DNA from: Balanoglossus misakiensis | Lineage: Eukaryota > Animalia > Hemichordata | Assembly (NCBI GenBank): GCA_040954595.2 | Contig: JBECUI020000041.1 | Span: forward strand, 41,106 to 105,105 | Reading direction: 5' to 3' | DNA length: 64,000 nt | Part shown: piece by piece, positions 53,801 to 64,000 of the stretch | Position numbering within the stretch: position 1 is the first letter of the stretch | Layout of the letters: every line of letters begins with the position of its first letter | The notes under the pieces: generated by a model | What the model was told of the DNA's origin: nothing | Database searches by the model: none | What the model saw: the letters and a program-made list of their open reading frames with translations, nothing else | Translations under genes and position numbers: made by a program

Positions 53801-54616
53801 ATGACGGTCACAAGGCCGACACCAGAACAGATACGACGCCTCCAAAAGGCTCTCGATGCAGACTCCACCGAGAAAACCCGAACGTTCTGGTCAAAGTACC
53901 TCAAAGGAACGGCAACCTTCCGTGGTGTGCCCATGGCCGGAGTGCGCAAGATTGTCCACGCCTGGTGGAAGCTCGAGTCCCTTCATGACCTGAAGCCGGC
54001 GGCCCAGACAAGGGCGGCGCTTCGGCTCTTTGAGGAGAAGCCCACCGAGGACAAGCTTGCCGGCGTCCTCGCCCTCTCTGAAATTGTGCTCCCCCATCTC
54101 TCAAAGAAGAATCTCCCCGCCTTCGCAGGCCTGTTTTCCAAAGGATACATCTCCGACTGGAACCTCTGCGACTGGTTTTGCGTGAAGGTTCTCGGAAAGA
54201 TGCTCGCATGCGCCGACAAACCTCTCGACCTAGCCGAGGCTATATCGACCTGGTCTGTCTCAAAACCACTCTGGCAGCGCCGGGCGACCTGTGTCGCATT
54301 CGTCAACCATGCCAAGTACGGCGATCTGCGCATCCCAGGGCTCTCTGAGATCATCTTGCACAACGCCGATGCCTTGGTTCACGATCTGGAGCGATTTGCC
54401 CAAACTGGAGTCGGGTGGGTACTCCGCGAGCTCTCACTTGCCAATCGCAGGGCCGTCGTTGCTTTCGCTGAGAAACATGCCGGACTCCTGTCCCGCGAGG
54501 GAATAAAGTACATTGTCGAAAAAATGCCAGCCAACGAAAAAAAACGCCTGCTCTCTCTTCATACTGAAGCATCTGGGGCGGCCAGAAGACTGGCAGGCCC
54601 TATAATTCTCGCCTGA
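53801..54616 (+). CDS. AlkD-like DNA alkylation repair protein
   Basis: FRGVPMAGVR, ISDWNLCDWFC, LWQRRA, QTGVGWVLRE. GC-rich relative to its neighbours. Confidence 0.88.
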   Translation: MTVTRPTPEQIRRLQKALDADSTEKTRTFWSKYLKGTATFRGVPMAGVRKIVHAWWKLESLHDLKPAAQTRAALRLFEEKPTEDKLAGVLALSEIVLPHLSKKNLPAFAGLFSKGYISDWNLCDWFCVKVLGKMLACADKPLDLAEAISTWSVSKPLWQRRATCVAFVNHAKYGDLRIPGLSEIILHNADALVHDLERFAQTGVGWVLRELSLANRRAVVAFAEKHAGLLSREGIKYIVEKMPANEKKRLLSLHTEASGAARRLAGPIILA

Positions 54617-54807
54617 ACCCCGCTACAGCAGGCAAGGTAGACCACAGCCGCATGGCCATCGAGTCGCCCCCAAGACCACAATAAGAAGCCTTTAGACCAC
54701 TTAGGTCAGCAGATCAAGATTGTGAGTATTAGCGTTTCCCAATCAAATTTTCTCCATCATACATACCGTTTGGTACAATGGCATGGCAGTCTTCCTTTTT
54801 TAAGCAG

Positions 54808-54912
54808 GAAAGAACATTCCTTGATTATTTTGCGGACTTATTAAAGTTAGCAAAATAGGAGAAAAATGAAATTGAGCGTGATTTTGATCAGAATTGGTCG
54901 CCGTCAAAATAA
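54808..54912 (+). pseudogene. 3' remnant of a further TerB-like gene
   Basis: GAAAGAACATTCCTTGATTATTTTGCGGACTTATTAAAG...TCAAAATAA with an internal TAG. Confidence 0.8.
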
Positions 54913-55130
54913 AATTTTTCTGTACTCTGAAATTAAAAAATCATACCGCTCAGCTCCCAGAGTTCAGGACAGACAGAGCTCTGGGGCAAGCTGATGGCCT
55001 GCCAGGAAGAATAAGGCCTGCCTTGAGCACCTTTTGGGGGTATAAGTATTGACAAAAAAAAAATTGACTATGACAAGATTTGTCACCCCCCTTGTTTACA
55101 CTCATAGCAATTAGCAATGGAGGTTATAAT

Positions 55131-55769
55131 ATGAGTTGCAAAGTTTTAAAGAATTATCCTGCGATGAGTCCGTGGATAGGAAAGCGCTACAGACGGCAAA
55201 GAGAAAAACTCCTTGTTGTAGGGGAAAGTCACTATCTCCCAGAAGACTCCACTATTCATCAAACTCCAAGTCAATGGTATCAGTCATCCCAGACAGATCT
55301 AACGGCCCAAGAAGTGGAATGGATTACAACATCAGGGATAGTTCAATATGCCATGGACAGTGATTTTGGAGACAAAGCTCATTGGATATATAAGAACATT
55401 GCCATGGCAATGAATACAATAAGCAATTTGCCAGTTTACAAAGAAAATCTCAACTGTATAGCTTTTAGCAATTTTTTTAAGAGACCTGCCTTAACCGGGG
55501 ACAGTTTAATTTTTAATCAACAGGATATTGATGTGGCAAGTAATTGTTTCCTGGAACTTATCCATGATCTCAAACCAAGCATTACTGTATTCACATCTGC
55601 TTTATCTGGGAAATTTGGTGAAGAAATAGCAAGGCAAAATCAATTGCTTCATTTCACTGTTCCACACCCAACAAGCGCATGGTGGAACAGAACTTCAAAG
55701 AAATACCATGGAAAATCAGGCAAGGATGTATTTGTAGACTTCCTCAATAAGCGTGGGTGGGGAAAATAA
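55131..55769 (+). CDS. UDG-superfamily-like protein, copy 2
   Basis: Four amino-acid differences from copy 1. Confidence 0.65.
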   Translation: MSCKVLKNYPAMSPWIGKRYRRQREKLLVVGESHYLPEDSTIHQTPSQWYQSSQTDLTAQEVEWITTSGIVQYAMDSDFGDKAHWIYKNIAMAMNTISNLPVYKENLNCIAFSNFFKRPALTGDSLIFNQQDIDVASNCFLELIHDLKPSITVFTSALSGKFGEEIARQNQLLHFTVPHPTSAWWNRTSKKYHGKSGKDVFVDFLNKRGWGK

Positions 55770-55780
55770 AGGAGAATTAT

Positions 55781-56455
55781 ATGAAAAGCAGCGAAAACGA
55801 AAAAAAAGGAAAAAAAGATGGGTGGGGAAAGGCAGTAAAAGGCTTAGGAGGAATATTAGGTGAAATATTAGATGATGAGGATGAAAACAAGAAAAGCAGC
55901 AAAAAAAGTTGGGTAGAGAAAGCCGTAGAAGGCTTAGGAGAAGTATTAGGTGAAATATTAGATGATGAGGAGGATGAGGATGATGAGGAGGAGGATGAGG
56001 ATGAAGGTGATGAGGAGTCTCTTGAAGCCTGCATAACAAACTTTTCATCATTAATATCACATGTTGCTCATGCTGATGGAGATGTCAGTGAGGAAGAAGG
56101 TGAAAGAATCTCTGAGTTAACTAATTATTTTATTTTTTCAGAAGATTTTTTAGGAGGGACTTTGGAAGCGTACGACCTAACTGAAAAAACTTTGAGAAAG
56201 AGAATTAAAAAGAAAATTCGGGAATCTTTTAAGAAACCTCTTTCAATAAAAAATGTAGCACGATGGGTACGTGAAGAATTCGAAGGCGAAGAACTATTCT
56301 ATTTTTGTGCCTATGCTGTCGCAAACGCAGACTCAGACATAAATAAGAAGGAAAGAAAATTCCTTGATTATTTTGCGGGCTTATTACAGTTAGCAAAATA
56401 TGAGAAAAATGAAATTGAGCGTGATTTTGATCAGAATTGGTCGAAGTCAAAATAA
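55781..56455 (+). CDS. TerB-like protein with repeated and acidic N-terminus
   Basis: Two KAVxGLGxxLGEILDD repeats, a poly-D/E tract, then a TerB-like domain. Confidence 0.8.
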   Translation: MKSSENEKKGKKDGWGKAVKGLGGILGEILDDEDENKKSSKKSWVEKAVEGLGEVLGEILDDEEDEDDEEEDEDEGDEESLEACITNFSSLISHVAHADGDVSEEEGERISELTNYFIFSEDFLGGTLEAYDLTEKTLRKRIKKKIRESFKKPLSIKNVARWVREEFEGEELFYFCAYAVANADSDINKKERKFLDYFAGLLQLAKYEKNEIERDFDQNWSKSK

Positions 56456-56672
56456 AATTTTTCTGTACTCTGAAGTTAAAAAATTATACCGCTCAGACCC
56501 CAGAGTTCAGGACAGACAGAGCTCTGGGGCAAGCTGATGGCCTGCCAGGAAGAATAAGGCCTGCCTTGAGCACCTTTTGGAGGTATAAGTATTGACAAAA
56601 AAAATTAAGCTGTAATAAAATCTATTGTAGTTATTGTTTACCTTCACATCAATTAGCAATGGAGGTTATAAT

Positions 56673-57317
56673 ATGAGTTGAAAATTTTAAAGAATTATCC
56701 TGCGATGAGTCCGTGGATAGGAAAGCGCTACAGACGGCAAAGAGAAAAACTCCTTGTTGTAGGGGAGAGTCACTATCTCCCAGAAGACTCCACTATTCAT
56801 CAAACTCCAAGTCAATGGTATCAGTCATCCCAGACAGATCTAACGGCCCAAGAAGTGGAATGGATTACAACATCAGGGATAGTTCAATATGCCATGGACA
56901 GTGATTTTGGAGACAAAGCTCATTGGATATATAAGAACATTGCCATGGCAATGAATACAATAAGCAATTTGCCAGTTTACAAAGAAAATCTCAACTATAT
57001 AGCTTTTACCAATTTTTTTTAAGAGATCTGCCTTAACCCGGAACAGTTTAATTTTTAATCAACGGGATATTGATGTGGCAAGTAATTGTTTCATGGAACT
57101 TATCCATGATCTCAAACCAAGCATTACTGTATTCATATTTGATACTTCTAAGTAATTTAAATTTGTTGAAGAGATAGCAAGGCAAAATCAATTGCCCCAT
57201 TTCACTGTTCCACACCCAACAAGCGCATGGTGGAACAGAACTTCAAAGAAATACCATGGGAAATCAGGCAAGGATGTATTTGTAGACTTCCTCAATAAGC
57301 GTGGGTGGGGAAAATAA
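56673..57317 (+). pseudogene. UDG-superfamily-like protein, copy 3 (inactivated)
   Basis: ATG AGT TGA at the start, T8 frameshift near 57013-57020, further stops. Confidence 0.8.
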
Positions 57318-57328
57318 AGGAGAATTAT

Positions 57329-58018
57329 ATGAAAAGCAGCGGAAACGAAAAAAAAAGCAAAAAAAAATGGAAGGGAACAGCAGTAAAAGGCTTAGGAGGA
57401 ATATTAGGTGAAATATTAGATGATGTATTAGATGAGGATGATGAAGGAAACAAGAAAAGCAGCAAAAATAAATGGGTTGGGAAAGCAGTAAAAGGCTTAG
57501 GAGAAGTAATAGGTGAAGTATTAGATGCAGATGATGATGATGAGGAGGATTATGATTATGATTATGATGAGGATGAGGAGTCTCTTGAAGCCTGCATAAC
57601 AAACTTTTCATCGTTAATATCACATGTTGCTCATGCTGATGGAGATGTCAGTGAGGAAGAAGGTGAAAGAATCTCTGAGTTAACTAATTATTTTATTTTT
57701 TCAGAAGATTTTTTAGGAGGGTCTTTGGAAGAGTACGACCTAACTGAAAAAACTTTGAGAAGGAGAATTAAAAAGAAAATTCGGGAATCTTTTAAGAAAC
57801 CTCTGCCAATAAAAAATGTAGCACGATGGGTACGTGAAGAATTCGAAGGCGAAGAACTATTCTATTTTTGTGCCTATGCTGTCGCAAACGCAGACTCAGA
57901 CATAAATAAGAAGGAAAGAAAATTCCTTGATTATTTTGCGGACTTATTAAAGTTAGCAGAATATGAGAAAAATGAAATTGAGCGTGATTTTGATCAGAAT
58001 TGGTCGAAGTCAAAATAA
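57329..58018 (+). CDS. TerB-like protein with acidic N-terminus, variant
   Basis: Paralog of 55781 with a different acidic tract (DADDDDEEDYDYDYDEDEE). Confidence 0.8.
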   Translation: MKSSGNEKKSKKKWKGTAVKGLGGILGEILDDVLDEDDEGNKKSSKNKWVGKAVKGLGEVIGEVLDADDDDEEDYDYDYDEDEESLEACITNFSSLISHVAHADGDVSEEEGERISELTNYFIFSEDFLGGSLEEYDLTEKTLRRRIKKKIRESFKKPLPIKNVARWVREEFEGEELFYFCAYAVANADSDINKKERKFLDYFADLLKLAEYEKNEIERDFDQNWSKSK

Positions 58019-58224
58019 AATTTTCTGTACTCTGAAGTTAAAAAATTATACCGCTCAGGCCCCAGAGTTCAGGACAGACAGAGCTCTGGGGCAAGCTGAT
58101 GGCCTGCCAGGAAGAATAAGGCCTGCCTTGAGCACCTTGTCCAAAGGCTCAAAACAGAAGGAACAAAAGCATTGCTCTGGCTGGTCAGAAGGAAAACTCC
58201 TTGCTGTAGGTCACTTCCTATCCC

Positions 58225-58600
58225 ACTCCTACCTTTGGAAGCGGTCAGCTACCAGGATAAAGGCAGGGCAAGCACCATTACCGGCCTGGCAACACAAGAC
58301 AGCAGTGCCCTTGCCTACTCTCCGTTATTCACAGCAATGCGAGGTGAGGGCCATAACCTTTAGAAACTCCACTCTCAGCAGCCTAAGCATCCCCAACAGC
58401 GTAGGGACGACCATGGGAGACAAAGCCTTTACAATGGCCGCCTCCTTGAGCAAAGTGTTGAGGGGAGAGGGCCTCTTCTGCATCGGCACCCTGGCCTTCC
58501 GCCACGACAAGCCCCAACAAGCTCACCGTCCTAGCTCCAAGGGCCCCCAGCTTTGCAGGCAGCCCCGCCCGAAGTCCTCCCCACAGCCTGGAGTCACCCT
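58225..58600 (+). pseudogene. Eroded copy of the BspA-like LRR lipoprotein N-terminal region
   Basis: EAVSYQDKG..TITGLATQDS, NSTLSSLSIPNSVGTTMGDKAF, IGTLAF across frames. Confidence 0.7.
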
Positions 58601-58926
58601 GCCCCATCAAAACCGCAGACCACCACCACCGAAAGCAACTCCGTAACCCTCCAATAACTAACAACCCAACCTGCTACACCCCCACCGACACTAGCACGCT
58701 AGGCTGGTTTGCCAATACCTTTCCCATCAACGGACGGCCAAAAATACTACTTTCTAGCCTCATCAGTCCCCCATTCCCCCCTGAGGCTCCCAAACTTCCC
58801 CCAAAATCAGAGAATACTTCAACAACTTGTTATTTCTTAGCAAGAGTGATAAACTTATAAAAATAATGTAGCTACGCCGTGGAGTAACTCAAACGCCCTC
58901 AAAAAGCTTTGAGTTACAGAATGGAC

Positions 58927-58955
58927 TTGACAAGAAAGCATCACAGCTCTACTAT
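58927..58955 (+). promoter_or_regulatory. sigma70-type promoter
   Basis: TTGACA-17 bp-TACTAT, followed by AAGGAG RBS and ATG at 58993. Confidence 0.7.
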
Positions 58956-58992
58956 TGTCAATCAAATTTAATCGTATAAGGAGATCAAGCAT

Positions 58993-61259
58993 ATGAATAT
59001 ATCTATAAACTCACTCACTCACTCACTCACTCACTCACTCACTCACTCACTCACTCACTCACTCACTCACTTCCCCGCGTAAGAGATCAAAGAAAAACCT
59101 TAGCTGAGAAAGTCACCCTTTTACCCCTTGCCTTCTACCTGATAACTTCCTGCAGCAACATCACACCCCCCCCTACCTTCGAGGCGCTTACCTACCAGGA
59201 CGAAGGCACAGAAATCACCATTACCGGCCTGGCAAAGCAAGACAGCACCACCCTCATCATCCCCCGTTTCATTTATAACAAGCCCGTTACGACCATTGCC
59301 AAGGCAGCCTTTAAAAACTCTACTTTTACAACCCTAAGCATCCCGGATAGCGTCAAAACCATCGAAGATGAAGCCTTCAATTCAGCCGAATCCCTCGCTG
59401 AGGTGCACATAGGTAAGGGCATAAGCTCCATCGGCAATCTGGCCTTCGCCGGAACAGCCCTCAACAAGCTCAGCATCCTGGCCCCAAGGGCCCCCAGTTT
59501 TGCTGGAAGCCTGGCCGAAGCCTTTCCTCCTTCCCTAACGGGAATCACCCTGAACTACCCCATCGGAGCCGCAGGTTACTCAGAAGAGCCCTGGAGCAAC
59601 TTCGGCAAGCAAATTCAGTTCCTGGAAGCCGATGTCATTGAAAACATAAGCCAGGCTTATCAAAGTCTCATCATTACCCTCAAAGCCCTACCCGGCCTCA
59701 CCCTCACCGTAGAAGCCCACACCGAAGCCGCCTTCTCAGGCGAAGCTGCCGCAAGGGCAAACTCAGACCCAAGGGCAACAACTTCCCAAAACCTAACCTT
59801 AAGCAGCCTCACCAACGGAACCCCCTATTACCTGCGGGCCAGGGCTTACAAGGACAACCCGGAGAATCCAACCGAATGGATAAATATTCCCAGTTCCTAC
59901 TCTCCCCGCGGCATCTTCATTACCGATGCCACCCCCCGTTCTGGAAAAATCACTGCTGAAATTCTCTCCTCTGAAGGGGTGGAAGCAAAACTCCAGGCAT
60001 TCACCGACAAGGACTTTAAGCTTATGGTAAAGGAAACCTCCTTTACCGGAACCCTTGAAGCTCAATCGCTGGAACTATACGGACTCAGCAATGAAACGCC
60101 CTACTACCTGCGTGCCCTTCTCAGCGACGGCAGCGCTGAATACCGCTACTCCACCCCCCTCATTCCCGCCGCCGAGGGCAGGCAGTACATCCACCGCCTG
60201 AGCGAACTGGCCAAAATCGGAGTGGATAGGGAAAACTACCCCGATACCTGGAACTACGAGCTAAGAATGGACCTCAACTTTGCCGACGCCAACAACGACG
60301 GGATTATGGACGACCCCTTCGACAGCGACAACAATGCCGAAAACGGTAACTGGAGGCCCCTTAGCCCTGGAATCTTTAACGGTGGCAACTACCAAAGCGG
60401 CGGATATTCCGGGAGCTTTGACGGTAGGAACCACAGCATTGAGGGAATGAACATCACGACACCTGAAGTCGATCGTGTCGGTTTCTTCAGTGTCACGGCT
60501 TCAGAAGGGAAAATCGAGAATCTGGGACTGCTGGGAAGCTCTGTCACGGGGGGGAGCAATACCGTAGGGGCTTTGGTTGCTTTTAGCCAAGGCAGCATAA
60601 CAGGAAGCTATGCCACAGGAGCTGTCTCGGGGCAGAGCGGTAACGTGGGTGGCTTGGTCGGCCTCAACCAAGGCAGCATAACAAAGAGCTATACCGCCGC
60701 AGAGCTTATGGGGTCCCGTAGCGTGGGTGCTTTGGTTGGAAGGAATCATGGTAGCATAACCAGCAGCTATGCCACCGGAAACGTCTCGGGCGACTCTTAC
60801 CTAGGTGGCTTGGTCGGAAGAGAACAGGGCACCATACAGGGAAGCTATGCCACCGGTGCTGTCTCGGGCAATAATACCCTAGGTGCCTTGGTCGGCAATC
60901 TGAGCAGAGGTAGCATAAGGGATAGCTATGCCACCGGAGACGTCTCAGGCAGCTCCTACCTAGGTGGCCTGGTTGGATTCTCCAGTGGTTCCATAACGAA
61001 CAGCTACCGCTATGAGAACCAGAATATCACTGACGCTAACGGCAATACCCACACCCCCACAAACACCCTAGGCAGCAGTGTAAATCTGGAACAACTCAAA
61101 AACCCAAGCTGGTACACCACAGACAGCCTGGGCTGGTCCACAGAAGTCTGGAGCATCACAAGGGGCCTGGTAGACGGGACAATCCCCGCCCATCCCCACA
61201 TACTCCAAACAGGAACAAACACAGTCATCCCCAACCAGCCCAACTCTCCCATCCCCTAG
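58993..61259 (+). CDS. LRR / FN3-like / GLUG-repeat surface lipoprotein, out of frame at an (ACTC)15 tract
   Basis: Repeat 59009-59068. Open frame from 59070 (LPRVRDQ...LAFYLITSC) continues into ORF 59403-61259 with YSGSFDGRNHSI and repeated VGGLVG..SYATG (GLUG). Confidence 0.85.
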
Positions 61260-61586
61260 CCCTTGGCCCCCCCCAAGCGGGGGGAGCTTTTCTCAACAAG
61301 GCAGGCAGCTTCTCCCCAGGGACTCTCCCTGCCATCTTTGGCCGTCCTGGCGGAGCTCCCCCGGGCTTACCCGCCTTCGGCGCCCCTCCAATCCCTCAAG
61401 CAGGAGCCGCGGCCAAGACACAGAGACAAAAAACCAAACCCTTATCACGAACTTTGTAAAGCTTGCCGTATTGCTGTCCCCATCGGAACCTTGATTCTTG
61501 GGAAGCCGCCTATCCACAGCTGATACGCGGCTCATGCAGAAAAGCATTACCTCTGTCCTCTAAGACACCAAGCCTCTTTTCCCCGC

Positions 61587-62099
61587 TTACTGGGAAGATT
61601 CCTGGCAGGGCTCTATTTGTTCTTTGCCCATAAGGTATTTTACTCTCTCGAGCAACATTGTCGCCTTTTCCTCGTTGGCAGGGTCGTTTTTGTCAGTAGA
61701 TTCCTTTTCATTTTTAAGGTTATTATCAACAAAATCAAACAAAGAAATGTTGTATCTATGCCTTTCCGCAAAATCTCTTATTGCTTTCAAGGTTTCCTTA
61801 TTATCACGAGTGGCCATTACACAAATATAAGGCCAATCATGTTTGCAGAAGAAACTGCAATTTGCCTTGATTTCGTCTTTATTATCGCCTTGACTGCAAA
61901 TTCCTATAAAAACCTCCACACTTTTTCTATTAGAAACCTTCTCCCCAATTTTTTCACACACCCGAATGTCTTTTTGGAGGAGTACATCCTTCTTTACTTC
62001 AAAAGCTAGCTCTTGCCCCAATTTTTTATAGAACTTCTTGATGGAGGTTGTTTTTCCAGTATCCTTAGGCGATGATAAGACTATAATTTCTTTGCCCAT
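61587..62099 (-). CDS. Small AT-rich protein with degenerate P-loop
   Basis: IIVLSSPKDTGKTTSIK, IGICSQGD, CVMATR. Confidence 0.7.
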   Translation of the reverse strand: MGKEIIVLSSPKDTGKTTSIKKFYKKLGQELAFEVKKDVLLQKDIRVCEKIGEKVSNRKSVEVFIGICSQGDNKDEIKANCSFFCKHDWPYICVMATRDNKETLKAIRDFAERHRYNISLFDFVDNNLKNEKESTDKNDPANEEKATMLLERVKYLMGKEQIEPCQESSQ

Positions 62100-62705
62100 A
62101 ATAAATATTTTCACTCCTTGCAAAATTTAAAAATTAATATGTAGAAGTTTATATTACTACTTAAAAAAAATGTACTACTTAAACGAATTTATTTCAAAAA
62201 TTTCCAAGTAATGGGGGATCTCAGAGAGAACCCTCTCCTCCATACGGCAGATTCCTCTCCGGTCGAGTGAAACTCAAGGGGGCATCTGAGGGATGGCAAG
62301 AAGAGGGGGGGGCGGAACGCCGTTGGGAAATTGGAAGTCCTTGTGCTTGTCAACAAGGCTTTCTATGGATCATTTCCCATCCTATGCTCTTCGTTATAGA
62401 AGGAAGCAGGGGGGGGGGGAGGTTTTCAGTATTCTCCTTAGGGGGGGGCTTAATTCCCTTGTTCACGGGACTGCTGGGGCCGCCCTTGAGAGAATCGGAA
62501 AATCAGAAGATGGCTTATTGCTAAGGACTACGTGCTAAGCCCCATAGTCTTAAGGGTTTGGTGTTTCCCCTATTTATTACTCAGGATTTGCACTGGACAG
62601 CCACAGCGCTGGAAGGATACTTCTATTAGCAATATGGCCCCACCAGCCTGCTCTGCTGAGTTTCCCAGGCAAAGACTTCTTTTAACAGCTTTGTGATGGA
62701 CAATT

Positions 62706-63851
62706 TCATACCGCCACCTCTCCGTTCATAAGACGCGGGAGAAGTAAATTGCGGGCCTGGGCCAGACTTTTGTTGTATTGTGTAAGAGCATGCATCTGTG
62801 ATCTTAGAAAGCCAATTTCTTCTTCAAACCTCAATAAAACAAATTTCTCTGGAACTAAAATTCTTCTACTCTGTCCAAAATCGCTGTTAAGCTTTGACAC
62901 CGCAGCTTCAGTATTACGGAATTGTGTTTCCAAAAGAGCATAGTAGAGGTACATTGAACTTCGTTTCGAATCGATGTAATACACTGTATCTATGGGATAA
63001 AGGTCGGATTCGCTCCAAAAGATGCCTCCAACATTTGCTTTTCTTCCGACTATGATGGCAGGGCCTTTTACTAGAGCACTCTCATGACTGCCTATAATGC
63101 CACTTGAACCGTAGATGGGGAATGGCCCTGGTACTCTGTCATACTTTTTTAAGGCTTTTCCCTCCTGGAATGGAGCAAGAGCTTCTATGGGGCTCATTTT
63201 CCATCCCTCCGGGACACCATTCTTAATTTTTGCATGATTATGTCCAGGAAAGCGAAACAAGACGAACCACTCTTTGTAAAGCAAGCGAGCCGCCTGTTCC
63301 AGCAAGTGGATTCGCCGTTTGTTGTTGTTAATGAGATTATCGTAGGAAGAAAGTATGCTAGCAATGCGCCTTTGTTCTTCCACTCTTTTAGGTATGCAAA
63401 CCTTAACCCTATAGATACGTTCCGGTGCTGTGTGACGTACCTTGCTTCCTGATGCGCTTCCGCTAATCTGCTTGCGGACTGAGCTTGTGTTGAACAAATA
63501 ATAGAGAAAGTGCTTGTCCAGTTTTTTGTAGTCCAAGTTATCGATTAAGCCCAATCTCTGATTGTGAAGATACTTGCCATCTTCTGGAATTAGAGCGGGG
63601 CTTCCTAATAATCCAAGTCCTTGCGCGGTCATGACCACAATTAAATCATCCTTGTTCAAGATGAAAACTTCAGGGATATCGGCGGCATAAAAGCGGTCTT
63701 TTCCTGGTCTGGGGCGAAAACCGCCTTCTTCATTAAAATTTCCGGGTGTAAGCACAACATGCGTACCAGTTTGTGTAAAAAACTTGCTTTGGAAAGCAAA
63801 GCCATGTTTTATACGCAAGACATCCCCCAAGGTAATATCGTACCAGCTCAT
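62706..63851 (-). CDS. hsdS: Type I restriction-modification specificity subunit
   Basis: LGDVLRIKHGFAF, EEQRRIASILSSYDNLI...LYKEWFV.FRFPG...VPEGW, LAQARNLLLPRLMNGEV. Confidence 0.95.
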   Translation of the reverse strand: MSWYDITLGDVLRIKHGFAFQSKFFTQTGTHVVLTPGNFNEEGGFRPRPGKDRFYAADIPEVFILNKDDLIVVMTAQGLGLLGSPALIPEDGKYLHNQRLGLIDNLDYKKLDKHFLYYLFNTSSVRKQISGSASGSKVRHTAPERIYRVKVCIPKRVEEQRRIASILSSYDNLINNNKRRIHLLEQAARLLYKEWFVLFRFPGHNHAKIKNGVPEGWKMSPIEALAPFQEGKALKKYDRVPGPFPIYGSSGIIGSHESALVKGPAIIVGRKANVGGIFWSESDLYPIDTVYYIDSKRSSMYLYYALLETQFRNTEAAVSKLNSDFGQSRRILVPEKFVLLRFEEEIGFLRSQMHALTQYNKSLAQARNLLLPRLMNGEVAV

Positions 63852-64000
63852 AATCCCAACACTTCAAGATTCTTCTTGGTCACCGCTGCAAGATTCACCG
63901 CTTCAGCATCGAGGTCTTCGAGTTTAACGTGAATTTCTCGTATGGCTTCTTCAAAGTCGAACTCTTCCTCACCCAGGGCGACGCCTACGTATTGCCCCGG
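63848..64000 (-). CDS. hsdM: 3' end of type I R-M methyltransferase
   Basis: PGQYVGVALGEEEFDFEEAIREIHVKLEDLDAEAVNLA...LGL*, with ATGA overlap onto hsdS. Confidence 0.88.
   Translation of the reverse strand, partial: PGQYVGVALGEEEFDFEEAIREIHVKLEDLDAEAVNLAAVTKKNLEVLGL

Noticed and set aside
55049-56621. Poly-A promoter-spacer phase variation before glycosylase copies 2 and 3
   Set aside because: TTGACA is followed by A runs, but a plausible -10 is found only for the dead copy (18-bp spacing). Evidence is too weak.
57963-58646. 227-aa ORF
   Set aside because: A chance read-through of the TerB 3' end, the hairpin element and an eroded LRR gene.

Overview
A decaying, heavily rearranged accessory region. 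The BspA-type LRR lipoproteins and lipoprotein signal peptides suggest a host-associated spirochaete-like bacterium (inference). 1-13.5 kb is a patchwork of GC-rich, apparently foreign genes and fragments (HTH, GNAT, cupin, VOC, DUF1801, a hidden phage/eCIS tail-tube pseudogene, MATE, DUF2200, methyltransferases). It is mixed with dead IS256 copies and an ~1.07-kb tandem array built from an IS256 segment carrying a GTAG REP-like palindrome. A yhaO/yhaN (SbcD/SbcC-like) pair is split by ~32 kb that is bounded by a ~225-bp diverged direct repeat. That insert holds a large BspA-LRR lipoprotein, a family of at least 9 unrecognised ~320-aa lipoproteins with mosaic conserved/variable blocks and silent fragments, secreted hydrolases and several pseudogenes. 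Two LRR lipoprotein genes carry (ACTC)n tracts right after the ATG, both currently out of frame (phase-variation signature). 50.9-58.2 kb is a thrice-repeated module of a UDG-superfamily-like protein plus a TerB-like protein with exchanged N-termini, each copy followed by a multi-hairpin element. It sits beside an AlkD-like glycosylase and near a type I R-M hsdM-hsdS pair. I found no rRNA, tRNA, true CRISPR array, integrase or reverse transcriptase. All family assignments are from motif recognition by eye, not database searches.
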